Shown here piece by piece: positions 1 through 8,670 of a stretch of 32,000 nucleotides of DNA; position 1 is the first letter of the stretch, and the number at the start of each line of letters is the position of its first letter. A model generated the notes under the pieces. That model saw nothing but the letters and a program-made list of their open reading frames with translations, was not told the origin of the DNA and made no database searches. The position numbers and the translations under genes were made by a program. Source of the stretch: Xanthomonas campestris pv. campestris str. ATCC 33913 (GTDB taxonomy: Bacteria > Pseudomonadota > Gammaproteobacteria > Xanthomonadales > Xanthomonadaceae); contig NC_003902.1 in the NCBI RefSeq assembly GCF_000007145.1, positions 3,866,497 through 3,898,496 on the forward strand, given 5' to 3'.

Positions 1-15
1 ACGAGCCCTGCACGG

Positions 16-2454
16 ATGTCCACGCCCGCTTCTTCCCTGCCGCACGCCCTCACCGGCCCGATTGCCGACGCCGCGGTGTCTGCGCGTGGCCGCCGCCTGC
101 TGGCCACCGTGCATGCGCAATGCGCGCAAACCCTGGGCGGCCCGCTGCGACTGACCATTGTCGAGCTGGAGCGCGAACTGCTGCACCAGGCCGAATTCGC
201 CCGTAACAGCCAGCAGCAGGCCGAGGCGTATGCGCAGATGCGCGGGTTGCGCGAGCACGTGGAGCGGTTTCCGCAGGCGTTCCTGCACCACCTGGCGCAG
301 GCGCTGGCCGAACTGCGCGCGCCCAAGGCCGCTGCGCCATCGGCCGACGCGCCTACGCATCCGCAGATGTTGACGCTGGTGGAAGACACCGACATCGATC
401 GCGACATCGTGCTCAACGACATCGCGCGCCGCGAAACCGCGCGACGTGCCGGTGTGTTGCAGTTGCTGGCGCAGCGCTTGGCGGTGGTCGGCGCGGTGCC
501 CGAATTCGAACTGGAAGCCGTGCCGCTAGGCCCCTGGGCGTTGTGCCGGGTGTTGCGCCAGTGCGGTGAGACGCTGGGCCTGAGCCTGGACGGCCAGCTC
601 ACGTTGTATCGCGTGTTCGAACGCCAGGTGATCGAGCGCCTGGGCGATCTGTTCGAGCGCATCAACGCCACGCTGGCCCACGAAGGCATCCTGCCGGGGC
701 TGATCTATCACCCCTATCTGGTCAAGCCAACGCAGGTGCAAAACCGGCGGCCTGCTCCTGCAGCGCAGGGCATGACCAAGGACGTGGGCGCGGGCGCGGG
801 CAAGCGTGCACCGGCGTCACGGCCAGCCACCGGGTGGAGCGGCCAGGCCGCGCCGACCGCCTGGCAGAGCGCCTTGATTGAACCGTCCGCAGCGCCGTCG
901 CCGGCATCGACTGCAGCGCAGGATCAAGCGACCCCACCGGCGCTGGCCGATGCGGCGCAGGCGCTCGGCGGGCTGATGTCGTCCGCGCGCCAGGGCCAGG
1001 CGGGTGCAGCGCAGGCAGGCAATAGGCAAACGCCCTCGTCGTCGCTCGCGCAGCCAGGCGCCATGACCGCCGCAGCGGCGGCCGCCGGACACTCCGCCAG
1101 CGCGCAGCCGCCTGCTACCGCCGTGCCCAAGGCCGCGCTCAACGCGGCACTGGCCAGCCTGCAAGGCGCCATGGCTGCGCCTGCCGCCGCGTCGACCGCT
1201 GCACCGGCCGGCATCGAGGCAATCCAGCGCCAGCTGTTGGACGTACTGCGTACCCAGCACGGGCCGCAGGCTGCGCTGTCGGCGCAGGAGACCGACACCT
1301 TCGACCTGCTCGGCCTGCTCTACGCGCAGATGCAGCGCGAGGTGCGTGAGCAGACCCCGGCGCAGGCGTTGTTGGCCAAGTTGCAGGTACCGGTCGTGCG
1401 CGCCGCGTTGGCCGATGCGCATTTCTTCGTGCGCGACCAGCACCCGGTGCGCGAGTTGCTCAACACCGTGGCCGAGTCCGGCGCCGTGTGGCTGGGCGAA
1501 GATGACGTCGACCCGCAGCTACTGCAGAAGCTGGCCACCGCGGTCGACAGCATCGTGCATACCTACCAGGGCGATGAAGCGGTGTTCGCCGCCGCCAACG
1601 AGGACATCCAGAGCCATCTGCGCACGCTGGCTCGCAAGGCCGAGGTGGCCGAGCGGCGCCATGTGGACGCCGCACGCGGCAAGGAACGGCTGGAATCGGC
1701 CAAGCAGCAAGCGCAGGCGCGTATCGAACAGGTCTGCGAGGACGCGGCGCCGCCTCCGCGCTTTGTGCAATCGCTACTGCGCCAGGCCTGGTCGGATGTG
1801 CTCACGCTCACCCTGCTGCGCCAGGGCGAACAGTCGCCGGAATGGGACGAGCGCCAGGCGCTGACCGCCCGGATCGCCGAGGTCACCTGCCGCACCAAGG
1901 ATCACCCCACCGATACCGCGCTGGGCAGTGAGGTGGAAGCCGCGCTGTTGCAGGTGGGCTACCACGGCGATGAAGCGGCGGCGATTGCGCGCCGCCTTTC
2001 CACGCCCGGCGGCGAGGACGCGCTGACCTCGCGCACCGAGCTGACCGCCAAGCTCAAGGCACGCACGCGCCTGGGCGATCAAGGTGACAGCGCGGCGCGC
2101 AAGCAAAATGCAGTGCCGCGTTCCCCGGAAGAAGAAGCCTGCTACACGCAGCTGCGCAGCCTGCCGTTCGGCATCTGGTTCGAGTTCGTGGTCAACCAGC
2201 AAGGCGATCTGCGCCGGCAGCGGCTGTCCTGGTACAGCCCGATGACCGACCACGCGCTGTTCGTCAATCAACGCGGGCAGAAAGTGGCCGACCATTCGCT
2301 CGACGGCCTGGCACGGCTAATGGCCGCCGGCCAGGTGCGTTTGCTGGTCGAAGAAAAATCGCGGCTGATCGATCGCGCCTGGCACGCCACTGTGCGCACG
2401 CTGCGCACGCTGGCCGGCCAATCCACTGCAGCGGACACAGAGGCGCGCGCATGA
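16..2454 (+). CDS. DUF1631 family protein
   Basis: 812-aa ORF from ATG at 16. The N- and C-terminal regions read like the conserved DUF1631 family (recognised by eye, not searched). Residues ~236-405 are an Ala/Pro/Gln/Ser-rich low-complexity linker. The stop overlaps the next start (ATGA at 2451-2454). Confidence 0.7.
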   Translation: MSTPASSLPHALTGPIADAAVSARGRRLLATVHAQCAQTLGGPLRLTIVELERELLHQAEFARNSQQQAEAYAQMRGLREHVERFPQAFLHHLAQALAELRAPKAAAPSADAPTHPQMLTLVEDTDIDRDIVLNDIARRETARRAGVLQLLAQRLAVVGAVPEFELEAVPLGPWALCRVLRQCGETLGLSLDGQLTLYRVFERQVIERLGDLFERINATLAHEGILPGLIYHPYLVKPTQVQNRRPAPAAQGMTKDVGAGAGKRAPASRPATGWSGQAAPTAWQSALIEPSAAPSPASTAAQDQATPPALADAAQALGGLMSSARQGQAGAAQAGNRQTPSSSLAQPGAMTAAAAAAGHSASAQPPATAVPKAALNAALASLQGAMAAPAAASTAAPAGIEAIQRQLLDVLRTQHGPQAALSAQETDTFDLLGLLYAQMQREVREQTPAQALLAKLQVPVVRAALADAHFFVRDQHPVRELLNTVAESGAVWLGEDDVDPQLLQKLATAVDSIVHTYQGDEAVFAAANEDIQSHLRTLARKAEVAERRHVDAARGKERLESAKQQAQARIEQVCEDAAPPPRFVQSLLRQAWSDVLTLTLLRQGEQSPEWDERQALTARIAEVTCRTKDHPTDTALGSEVEAALLQVGYHGDEAAAIARRLSTPGGEDALTSRTELTAKLKARTRLGDQGDSAARKQNAVPRSPEEEACYTQLRSLPFGIWFEFVVNQQGDLRRQRLSWYSPMTDHALFVNQRGQKVADHSLDGLARLMAAGQVRLLVEEKSRLIDRAWHATVRTLRTLAGQSTAADTEARA

Positions 2455-2795
2455 TCCAGGACACCCGCCGCGCCCCACGCCGCCAGCCGACCGACCTGGT
2501 GCCGGTTACCGACATGCTCAGCGAGGCGCAGATCGGCCGGCTGGGCAATGTCTCGGAAACCGGCATGCTGCTGCTGGCTTCGGTACCGCTGCACGACGAT
2601 GCGCTGTATCAGCTGCGGTTCGCCCTACCCGAGCGCGCCGGCCGCGCCACCGAAATCGATGTCGGCGTGCACCTGCTGTGGTCCGAGGCGGCCCACGCAC
2701 CAGGCCAGGCCTGGGCTGGCTTCCGTTTCCTGACCATGTCCGAGCCGCACCGCCAACGCCTGCGCGCCTGGATTGCGGAAGAGCATCTGGTCTAG
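2451..2795 (+). CDS. PilZ domain protein (candidate c-di-GMP receptor)
   Basis: 114-aa ORF. The N-terminal RRAPRR fits the RxxxR motif and NVSETG fits the (D/N)xSxxG motif of canonical PilZ domains. It is translationally coupled to the upstream gene. Confidence 0.8.
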   Translation: MIQDTRRAPRRQPTDLVPVTDMLSEAQIGRLGNVSETGMLLLASVPLHDDALYQLRFALPERAGRATEIDVGVHLLWSEAAHAPGQAWAGFRFLTMSEPHRQRLRAWIAEEHLV

Positions 2796-2992
2796 CGCCC
2801 AGGGGCGTGACGACGCCCGCCGCGTTCGCGCAGAATTGCAACGCCGCAGGTGAGCGGGTCGCGGCAGGCAGATCCACGCTGGCGGCAGCACGCAACCAAC
2901 TTCCCCAGCGCAGCTCACGCTCGCCGCACCAGGACAGCCTCACAACGATTGCGGCAAAATTGCGCATTGCCTTGCAACGCGATCGAGCCCGT

Positions 2993-4318
2993 ATGACCCA
3001 GCCATCCCTGAGCGTCCTGTATTCCGACCACCTGCGCACGCTCACCGCGCGCGCCGACCAGGCGCTGCAGCGTGGCGGCTTCGATCATCTGGTCATTCCC
3101 AGCGGCACCACGCATTACCAGCTGTTCGACGACCGCGACTACCCGTTTGCGGTCAATCCGCAGTTCAAGGCCTGGGTGCCGCTTACCCGCATGCCGCACA
3201 GCTGGCTGGTCTACACGCCCGGCAAGCGGCCGACGGTGATTTTCTATCAGCCGTTCGACTACTGGCACGTGGTGCCCGATGCGCCCAGCGGCTGGTGGGT
3301 GGAGCACTGCGACATCCACATCATCCGCACGCCGGAGGCCGCATTGCCGCTGCTGCCCGCCCGCACCGAGCGCTGCGCCATCCTGGGCGAGGCCGCCAGT
3401 GCGCTGGGCGCGTGCGTGCCCAACAACCCGGCCGCGGTGCTCGACTTCCTGGACTATCAACGCGCCTTCAAGACACCGTACGAACTGGCGGTGATGCGGC
3501 TGGCGCAGCAGTTGGCGGTGCGTGGCCACCGCGCCGCCGAGGCTGCGTTCCGCGCGGGCCAGAGCGAGTTCGGCATCCACATGGCGTATTGCAGCGCAGT
3601 CGGCCAGGACGCCAACGAATTGCCGTACGGCAACATCATCGCGCTCAACGAGCACGGTGCGGTGCTGCACTACACCGAACTCGGCCGGCAGGCGCCGCAG
3701 CCACTGCGCAGCTTTCTGATCGATGCCGGCGCCTCGGCACATGGCTATGCCAGCGACATCACCCGCACCTACGCCGCCGATGCCGGCAGCGAGTTCCAGG
3801 CGCTGATCGATGCGGTGGATGCCGCGCAGCTGCGCATGGGCAATGCGGTGCGTGCCGGCATGGATTACAAGCAACTGCATGTGGACGCGCACCTGTCGCT
3901 GATGGGCATCCTGCACGACTTCGGCATCATTACGGTTTCGCCTGAAGCCGCGCTGGCCACCGGCGTCAGCGCCGCATTCTTCCCGCATGGCCTCGGCCAC
4001 TTGATCGGCCTGCAGGTGCATGACGTGGCCGGGTTTGCAGCCAGCGATCGCGGCGGGCGCATCGAGCGCCCGGACGGCCACCCGTATCTGCGCCTGACCC
4101 GCGTGCTCGAACCAGGCATGGTGGTCACCATCGAGCCCGGCGTGTACTTCATCGACATGCTGCTGGACGAGGTCAAGAAAAACGGCCATGCCGCCAGCGT
4201 GAACTGGGACCGCGTGGCGCAGTTCGCGCCGTACGGCGGCATCCGCATCGAAGACGAAGTGGTCTGCACCGACGGCGATCCGGAAAACCTGACCCGCCCG
4301 GTGTTTGCGGCGCCGTGA
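2993..4318 (+). CDS. pepQ: Xaa-Pro dipeptidase (prolidase, M24B)
   Basis: A 441-aa product from ATG 2993 (MTQPSLSVLYSDHLRTL...) is colinear with PepQ. M24 metal-ligand context is visible (DAGASAHGYASDITRT, HGLGHLIGLQVHD, EPGVYF, GGIRIEDEV). The upstream part of the 546-aa ORF (2678-2992) is Arg/Pro-rich and looks non-coding. Confidence 0.9.
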   Translation: MTQPSLSVLYSDHLRTLTARADQALQRGGFDHLVIPSGTTHYQLFDDRDYPFAVNPQFKAWVPLTRMPHSWLVYTPGKRPTVIFYQPFDYWHVVPDAPSGWWVEHCDIHIIRTPEAALPLLPARTERCAILGEAASALGACVPNNPAAVLDFLDYQRAFKTPYELAVMRLAQQLAVRGHRAAEAAFRAGQSEFGIHMAYCSAVGQDANELPYGNIIALNEHGAVLHYTELGRQAPQPLRSFLIDAGASAHGYASDITRTYAADAGSEFQALIDAVDAAQLRMGNAVRAGMDYKQLHVDAHLSLMGILHDFGIITVSPEAALATGVSAAFFPHGLGHLIGLQVHDVAGFAASDRGGRIERPDGHPYLRLTRVLEPGMVVTIEPGVYFIDMLLDEVKKNGHAASVNWDRVAQFAPYGGIRIEDEVVCTDGDPENLTRPVFAAP

Positions 4319-4509
4319 CCATCAAGGATCAGTCCGTACGCGAGTCGGTGCCTGATATTCCGACAGCATCGATTACGATGCTCCCATTCAATAGCGCGAT
4401 AGCCAGATCGCGCTGAATCTTGTGTGGGCAGCGGCCGCTACATGCCGGTAACACCCACAGCACATCGTCCAACCCCTGCCAGTTCGTGCCAGACGATCAG
4501 CTTTTGCAA

Positions 4510-4549
4510 CCCGCCTGCGCCCGCAACGGAGGTTGCGGGCGCAGGCGGG
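4510..4549. terminator. Perfect 18-bp GC-rich hairpin between convergent pepQ and the effector gene
   Basis: cccgcctgcgcccgcaac / ggag / gttgcgggcgcaggcggg. It begins 6 nt after the effector stop codon (TAA, 4558-4556 on the minus strand). There is no strong U-tract on either strand. Confidence 0.55.
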
Positions 4550-4555
4550 CTATCC

Positions 4556-5179
4556 TTAACCGGCATAATGCTTTCTTATCGGGAGACCATTCTCCGCACG
4601 AATACTGTTTTCGGAAACACGCTCTGAAGCATACTTTCCGAGCCCAGTTGCACGCAGCTCTTCTTTGCCAGACTTACTTTTCGGATCAAGACGGTCACCA
4701 CCGTGCTTGAAGTCTCCTGACATGATGTGCTTTGCATGAATCAACTCGTGCGCAAGCCCCACAAATGCCTGTTCTGCATATTCGGAACTTTGCCCCTGGG
4801 GACGGCCTTCACTATCGACCATCAAACCAACACCAGGGCTCCAGTTCACTGTTGCGTTGGTACCTTCGCCCTTACAGAAGCGACCTTTTGTGATGAGGCC
4901 AAGTTCTACAGCAGCCTCACCTTCCGATTCACGCTCTCCGTATTTTCTTCTTTGTTTATCGGTAAACACCGCACCTGCGCTTGGAGCAGGATTCCAGGGA
5001 GGCGACTCATTGAGCAAGACCTTTTTTCCATGCGCAGCCAAAGGCTTCAAACCTTCAAGCAAGTGATTCCCTGAGGGAGTACTTTCAATCTTGGCCAAGG
5101 CAGCATCCACCCGATCCGGGTAATCCGCGCTGCGATAGCGATTTATTTCAATAGTCGGATGCCGCGTCGATATTGTCAT
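4556..5179 (-). CDS. xopG: HopH1/XopG-family zinc-metalloprotease type III effector candidate
   Basis: 207 aa from ATG 5179 (MTISTRHPTIEINRY...). It has an HExxH motif in GLAHELIHAKH and overall resembles the HopH1/XopG/RipAX effectors as I remember them. GC is ~47% against ~66% in the flanks. A perfect PIP box and a -10 element lie upstream. GAAGG sits ~13 nt upstream of ATG 5179. The longer start at 5230 lies upstream of the predicted transcription start. Confidence 0.75.
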   Translation of the reverse strand: MTISTRHPTIEINRYRSADYPDRVDAALAKIESTPSGNHLLEGLKPLAAHGKKVLLNESPPWNPAPSAGAVFTDKQRRKYGERESEGEAAVELGLITKGRFCKGEGTNATVNWSPGVGLMVDSEGRPQGQSSEYAEQAFVGLAHELIHAKHIMSGDFKHGGDRLDPKSKSGKEELRATGLGKYASERVSENSIRAENGLPIRKHYAG

Positions 5180-5243
5180 AGTCAATTCAACCTTCGGGAG
5201 ATTCAAACAATATCCGACGTCGGAAAGCACCTCATCCCGGCAG

Positions 5244-5268
5244 GCGAAGATTGAAACTAAAATGCGAA
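5244..5268 (-). promoter_or_regulatory. PIP box (HrpX-binding plant-inducible promoter element), perfect TTCGC-N15-TTCGC
   Basis: The plus strand reads GCGAA at 5244-5248 and GCGAA at 5264-5268, exactly 15 nt apart, which is TTCGC-N15-TTCGC on the effector strand. TATTGT (plus 5207-5212), which fits the YANNNT -10 pattern, follows 31 nt downstream, inside the 30-32 bp spacing described for HrpX promoters. Confidence 0.75.
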
Positions 5269-5467
5269 AAATCTCGACTTGTTACTTCAAGCGCAAAACG
5301 ATTGGTGAAAATCTCGATACACTCATGTCTCGATCGGTCAACCTATCGCCAGAAATCAGCCGATCAGCACGACACTGCTTTCAGACATTGAAAACAACTT
5401 TCATCGATTGAGAGTTTGTCTGCAGTCACGTGCGTCTAGCACAACCACCGCTCTCCATTGGCATTTC

Positions 5468-6802
5468 CTATTCCCGGTTTCCTCCAGCCATCGCCCCCTG
5501 GATTTCGTCGGCGCTGCGCGCCAAGGCATCGGTCAGCACGCGGTGGCCGTCGGCGGTGATCAGCACGTTGTCTTCGGTGCGGATACCGATGCCGCGCCAC
5601 TTGGCGTCCACGCTCGTATCGTCGGCCGAGACATACAACCCAGGCTCGATGGTGAACACCATGCCGGGCTCCAGAAGGCGTGACTCGCCCGCGAGGCGAT
5701 ACTCGCCAACGTCATGCACATCCAGGCCAAGCCAGTGGCCGGTCTTGTGCCGATAAAACCGCTTGTAGTGCCCTTCGGCGAGGTTGCGCTCCAGCGTGCC
5801 TTTGAGCAGCCCCAGGCGCAGCAACCCTTCGGTCAGTGTCTGCACCGCCGCCAGGTGACCGGCCTCGTAGGCAATGCCAGGTTGTGCCTGCGCCAGGGCG
5901 GCCGCCTGCGCGGCGCCGACCAGATCGTGCAGGGCACGTTGCGCCGCGCTGAAGCGGCCGTTGACCGGAAATGTGCGGGTGATGTCGGCCGCATAGCCGC
6001 GGTATTCGGCGCCGGCGTCCACCAGCACCAGCTCGCCATCGCGGCTGCGCGCGTTGTTGGCGCGGTAATGCAGCACGCAGGCATTGCTGCCGGTGCCGAC
6101 GATGCTGCCGTACGCCGGCCACGCATCGGCGGCGCGGAATTCGCGTTCGATCTCGGCCTGCAGTTGATACTCGTGCACGCCCGGGCGTGCCAACTGCATC
6201 GCCGCGCGATGCGCACGCACGCTGATGTCGGCGGCCTGCTGCATCAATGCGATCTCGTCGCGCGACTTGAACAGGCGCTGCTCGTGCAGCAGATGGCCCA
6301 ACTCCAGGAACTCATGCGGCGGTTGCGCGCCATGGCGCACCTGCTCGCGCACCCGCTTGAGCCAGCCGATCAGCTTGAGATCGAAATCCACATCGCGGCC
6401 GAAGTGGTAGTAGACGCGGCTGCGTCCTTCCAGCAGGCCGGGCAGGATCTCGTCGACATCGTCGATGGGGTACGCATCGTCCATGCCGTACTGCGCCACC
6501 GCGCCTTCCTGGCCCGCGCGCGGGCCGTCCCAGGCTTCGCGCTCGGCATCGCGCTCGCGGCAGAACAGGATTGCCTCACCGTGCTTGCGCCCTGGCACCA
6601 GCACCAGCACCGCCTCCGGTTCCGGAAACCCGCTCAGGTACCAGAAATCCGAATCCTGCCGGTACGGGTAATGGGTGTCGTGGCTGCGCACCCGCTCCGG
6701 TGCCGCCGGCAGGATCAGGATGGCCTGCTCGCCGGCCATCTGCATGAGCTGCTTGCGTCGGCGCGCGTACTCGGCCGCGCCAATGCCGGTGAGCTTCTTC
6801 AT
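5468..6802 (-). CDS. pepP: Xaa-Pro aminopeptidase (aminopeptidase P, M24B)
   Basis: The 444-aa ORF is colinear with PepP. Visible motifs include VDAGAEYRGYAADITRTFP, HKTGHWLGLDVHD, EPGLY and GIRTEDNV. Confidence 0.92.
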   Translation of the reverse strand: MKKLTGIGAAEYARRRKQLMQMAGEQAILILPAAPERVRSHDTHYPYRQDSDFWYLSGFPEPEAVLVLVPGRKHGEAILFCRERDAEREAWDGPRAGQEGAVAQYGMDDAYPIDDVDEILPGLLEGRSRVYYHFGRDVDFDLKLIGWLKRVREQVRHGAQPPHEFLELGHLLHEQRLFKSRDEIALMQQAADISVRAHRAAMQLARPGVHEYQLQAEIEREFRAADAWPAYGSIVGTGSNACVLHYRANNARSRDGELVLVDAGAEYRGYAADITRTFPVNGRFSAAQRALHDLVGAAQAAALAQAQPGIAYEAGHLAAVQTLTEGLLRLGLLKGTLERNLAEGHYKRFYRHKTGHWLGLDVHDVGEYRLAGESRLLEPGMVFTIEPGLYVSADDTSVDAKWRGIGIRTEDNVLITADGHRVLTDALARSADEIQGAMAGGNRE

Positions 6803-6814
6803 ATCGTGCGGCGG

Positions 6815-7357
6815 TCAGTTCAGGCGTTGGCGAAAGCGCGGCCCCATCACGCAGTCGCCATGCAGCAACAGCACCGCCACGCGCACGAATTCCTCGATCT
6901 CGGCCAGGGCGGTGTCGTCTTCCTCGGCGGTATCGAAGTCGTCGCTGGACGCCTGCGCGAGCCGGGCCAGATCCTGCAGCGCTTCTTCGCCTTCTTCGGA
7001 CAGTGCCGGGCGCTGCTGCGCAGCCAGGCCAAACCCGCCCAGAAACGCGCGGCACCAGTCGAACAGCGCATCGGTGCGGGCCGGCAGCGGTGCGCCGTCC
7101 TCGGTCAGCAGCAGCTCGAAGGCAAAGTCGCGGTCTTCCAGCTGCGCCACGGTGGCCTGCCGCATCTGATCCAGGGCGCCGCCCTGCGCGGGGGCCACCT
7201 GCGCGGTGTCGGCCAGGATGCGCGCCAGCCAGTCGGCACTGTCGGCGCCGCCGCCGGACAGCCAGCCGCACAGGCCGCCATGCAGTTCCGCCGCGGAGGA
7301 AGCCAGGTCCAACTGGCGACTTTCGTGTTGCACAGCGGCTACATCGGGCAGATCCAT
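6815..7357 (-). CDS. ygfB: UPF0149 family protein (YgfB-like)
   Basis: 180 aa from ATG 7357 ([18 protein letters not shown]...). It has an acidic C-terminal region ([22 protein letters not shown]) and sits immediately upstream of pepP, as in E. coli and Pseudomonas. The start is uncertain; ATG 7459 is an alternative. Confidence 0.75.
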   Translation of the reverse strand: MDLPDVAAVQHESRQLDLASSAAELHGGLCGWLSGGGADSADWLARILADTAQVAPAQGGALDQMRQATVAQLEDRDFAFELLLTEDGAPLPARTDALFDWCRAFLGGFGLAAQQRPALSEEGEEALQDLARLAQASSDDFDTAEEDDTALAEIEEFVRVAVLLLHGDCVMGPRFRQRLN

Positions 7358-7556
7358 CAGGTCATCCAGGCTGAGTCGAAAAGATGCCGGCCCGGGGCCG
7401 GCGATATGACTACCCAGTGTACCAAGGCACCCGCCGCTCGCCCCACTACCATGTTCCATGCAGCGTTCCACGCGGTGCGCCGGGTGGGCCGTCAACGCTG
7501 CGCCAGCCCTTGCGGCGGCTGCGCTTGCGGCGTTTACGGCCAGCGCGTGCAGGCGC

Positions 7557-7586
7557 TTGACCGGCGCGCGCACGCGCCCCTATCGT
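7557..7586 (+). promoter_or_regulatory. Candidate sigma70 promoter for the zapB-like/zapA pair
   Basis: TTGACC (7557-7562), an 18-nt spacer, then TATCGT (7581-7586). The -10 ends only 6 nt before ATG 7593, so either the mRNA is leaderless or this is not the promoter. Confidence 0.25.
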
Positions 7587-7592
7587 GGGCGG

Positions 7593-7814
7593 ATGGACAA
7601 CGCCGCCGCCCTCGCCCAGCTCCGCGCACTCGCCGCCCGTGTGGAGGCGTTGGTGGAGCGCACCCAGCGGCTCACCGACGAAAACCGCAGCCTGCGCCAC
7701 CAACAGGAACAGTTGATCGGCGAGCGCGCGCAGCTGCTGACCAAGAACGAACAGGCACGCTCGCGCGTGGAAGCCATGATCGTGCGATTGAAGTCACTGG
7801 AGCAGCACACGTGA
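7593..7814 (+). CDS. Small coiled-coil protein, ZapB-like / TIGR02449-like
   Basis: 73 aa from ATG 7593 (MDNAAALAQLRALAARVEALVERTQRLTDENRSLRHQQEQL...). It has a heptad-like coiled coil and sits directly upstream of zapA, overlapping it (GTGA at 7811-7814). Confidence 0.65.
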   Translation: MDNAAALAQLRALAARVEALVERTQRLTDENRSLRHQQEQLIGERAQLLTKNEQARSRVEAMIVRLKSLEQHT

Positions 7815-8107
7815 GCAATGAGCCGGTCAGCGTCCGTATTCTGGATCGTGAATACACGGTGGGCGTCACCGCCGAGGAACGCGAGAGCCTCACCGCCGCC
7901 GCGCGCCTGCTGGATCTGCGCATGCGCGAGATCCGCGGCAGCAACCGCATGGCGGCGGTGGATCGGGTCGCGGTGCTGGCCGCGTTGAATCTGGCGCATG
8001 AGTTGCAGCAGCTGCGCGAGCAGCAGGCCATGTACGAACGCGAGCTCGCCAACACGCTGGAAAGCATGAATCGGCGTCTAGATGGCGTGATCGATACACC
8101 GCGTTGA
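7811..8107 (+). CDS. zapA: Cell division protein ZapA
   Basis: 98 aa from GTG 7811 (VSNEPVSVRILDREYTVGVTAEERESLTAAARLLDLRMREIR...), a typical ZapA N-terminal pattern. It occupies the conserved position upstream of 6S RNA. Confidence 0.85.
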   Translation: MSNEPVSVRILDREYTVGVTAEERESLTAAARLLDLRMREIRGSNRMAAVDRVAVLAALNLAHELQQLREQQAMYERELANTLESMNRRLDGVIDTPR

Positions 8108-8202
8108 AGTGCAATACGCACTGTCATCGCAAATATGAATCTCCAGGAACGCATTACCGACGAATGGGCTAGCCATCGGGGCGCGGAGGTCTATAATTCA
8201 CC

Positions 8203-8390
8203 TGCGTTCTCTGCTGTGAACGACGGTGTGCAAAACATTCGCCTTGTCCCTTAATTACGACCACGGGGGCGCGACGAAGCCGGGAGTGCAAGTCCGCCTT
8301 GTAGCGGGAAGCCCGACGGCCTAACAACGTCCCCACTTGAACCCCGGGTTCAAGGTCGTTTCGCACACATCGTCATGGCGGAGAATGCAA
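8203..8390 (+). ncRNA. ssrS: 6S RNA
   Basis: It lies in the conserved zapA-ssrS-ygfA position. A TATAAT -10 sits at 8192-8197. The 5' end (gcgttctctgctgtgaacgacggtgtgc) pairs with the 3' end (gcacacatcgtcatggcggagaatgc) to form the closing stem. The internal acTTGAACCccGGGTTCAAGG matches the conserved E. coli 6S segment CCUUGAACCAAGGGUUCAAGG. Ends are approximate (+/- 5 nt). Confidence 0.85.
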
Positions 8391-8397
8391 TTTTTCT

Positions 8398-8430
8398 GAA
8401 ACGGCGCCCTAGGGCGCCGTTTCTTTTTGT
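8398..8430 (+). terminator. Rho-independent terminator after 6S RNA
   Basis: gaaacggcgccct/agggcgccgtttc is a perfect 13-nt inverted repeat, followed by TTTTTGT. Confidence 0.8.
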
Positions 8431-8670
8431 GCGTTGTCCAATGTCATATGCGCACGCGCTTCGCGATGTGGTAAAGCACTCACTGGTGTTCAATGCGCTC
8501 CGGCGAATCACGTGGCGTGCGCCGCCTCGCACTCCCGCAACCGGGTGCGAACGCCGACCGCACCCTCCACGCGGCAGGTTGCGATCAGTCATCCACGCAT
8601 CAACACCGCGCAGCTAGGCATGCGCGCGCCCGCGGCCGACAATGCCGCTTCCCTTTGCGCCGAGATCCCG

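Noticed and set aside
2678-2992. 105-codon N-terminal extension of pepQ
   Set aside because: The extension is Arg/Pro/Ala-rich with no homology. PepQ-like sequence begins at ATG 2993, and the resulting length (441 aa) fits the family.
4727-5074. 115-aa plus-strand ORF inside the low-GC islet
   Set aside because: It is antisense to the HExxH effector ORF, has no start context and has an odd composition (Phe/Cys/Thr-rich).
5180-5230. Longer start (ATG 5230) for the effector gene
   Set aside because: It lies only 14 nt from the PIP box and upstream of the predicted -10 (5207-5212), so it would not be on the HrpX-dependent transcript.
5714-8107. 797-aa plus-strand ORF
   Set aside because: It runs antisense to pepP and ygfB, has an Arg/Ala/Gln-rich composition and resembles no protein family. 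This is a typical high-GC open-frame artefact. Only its last 98 codons (zapA, from GTG 7811) are real.
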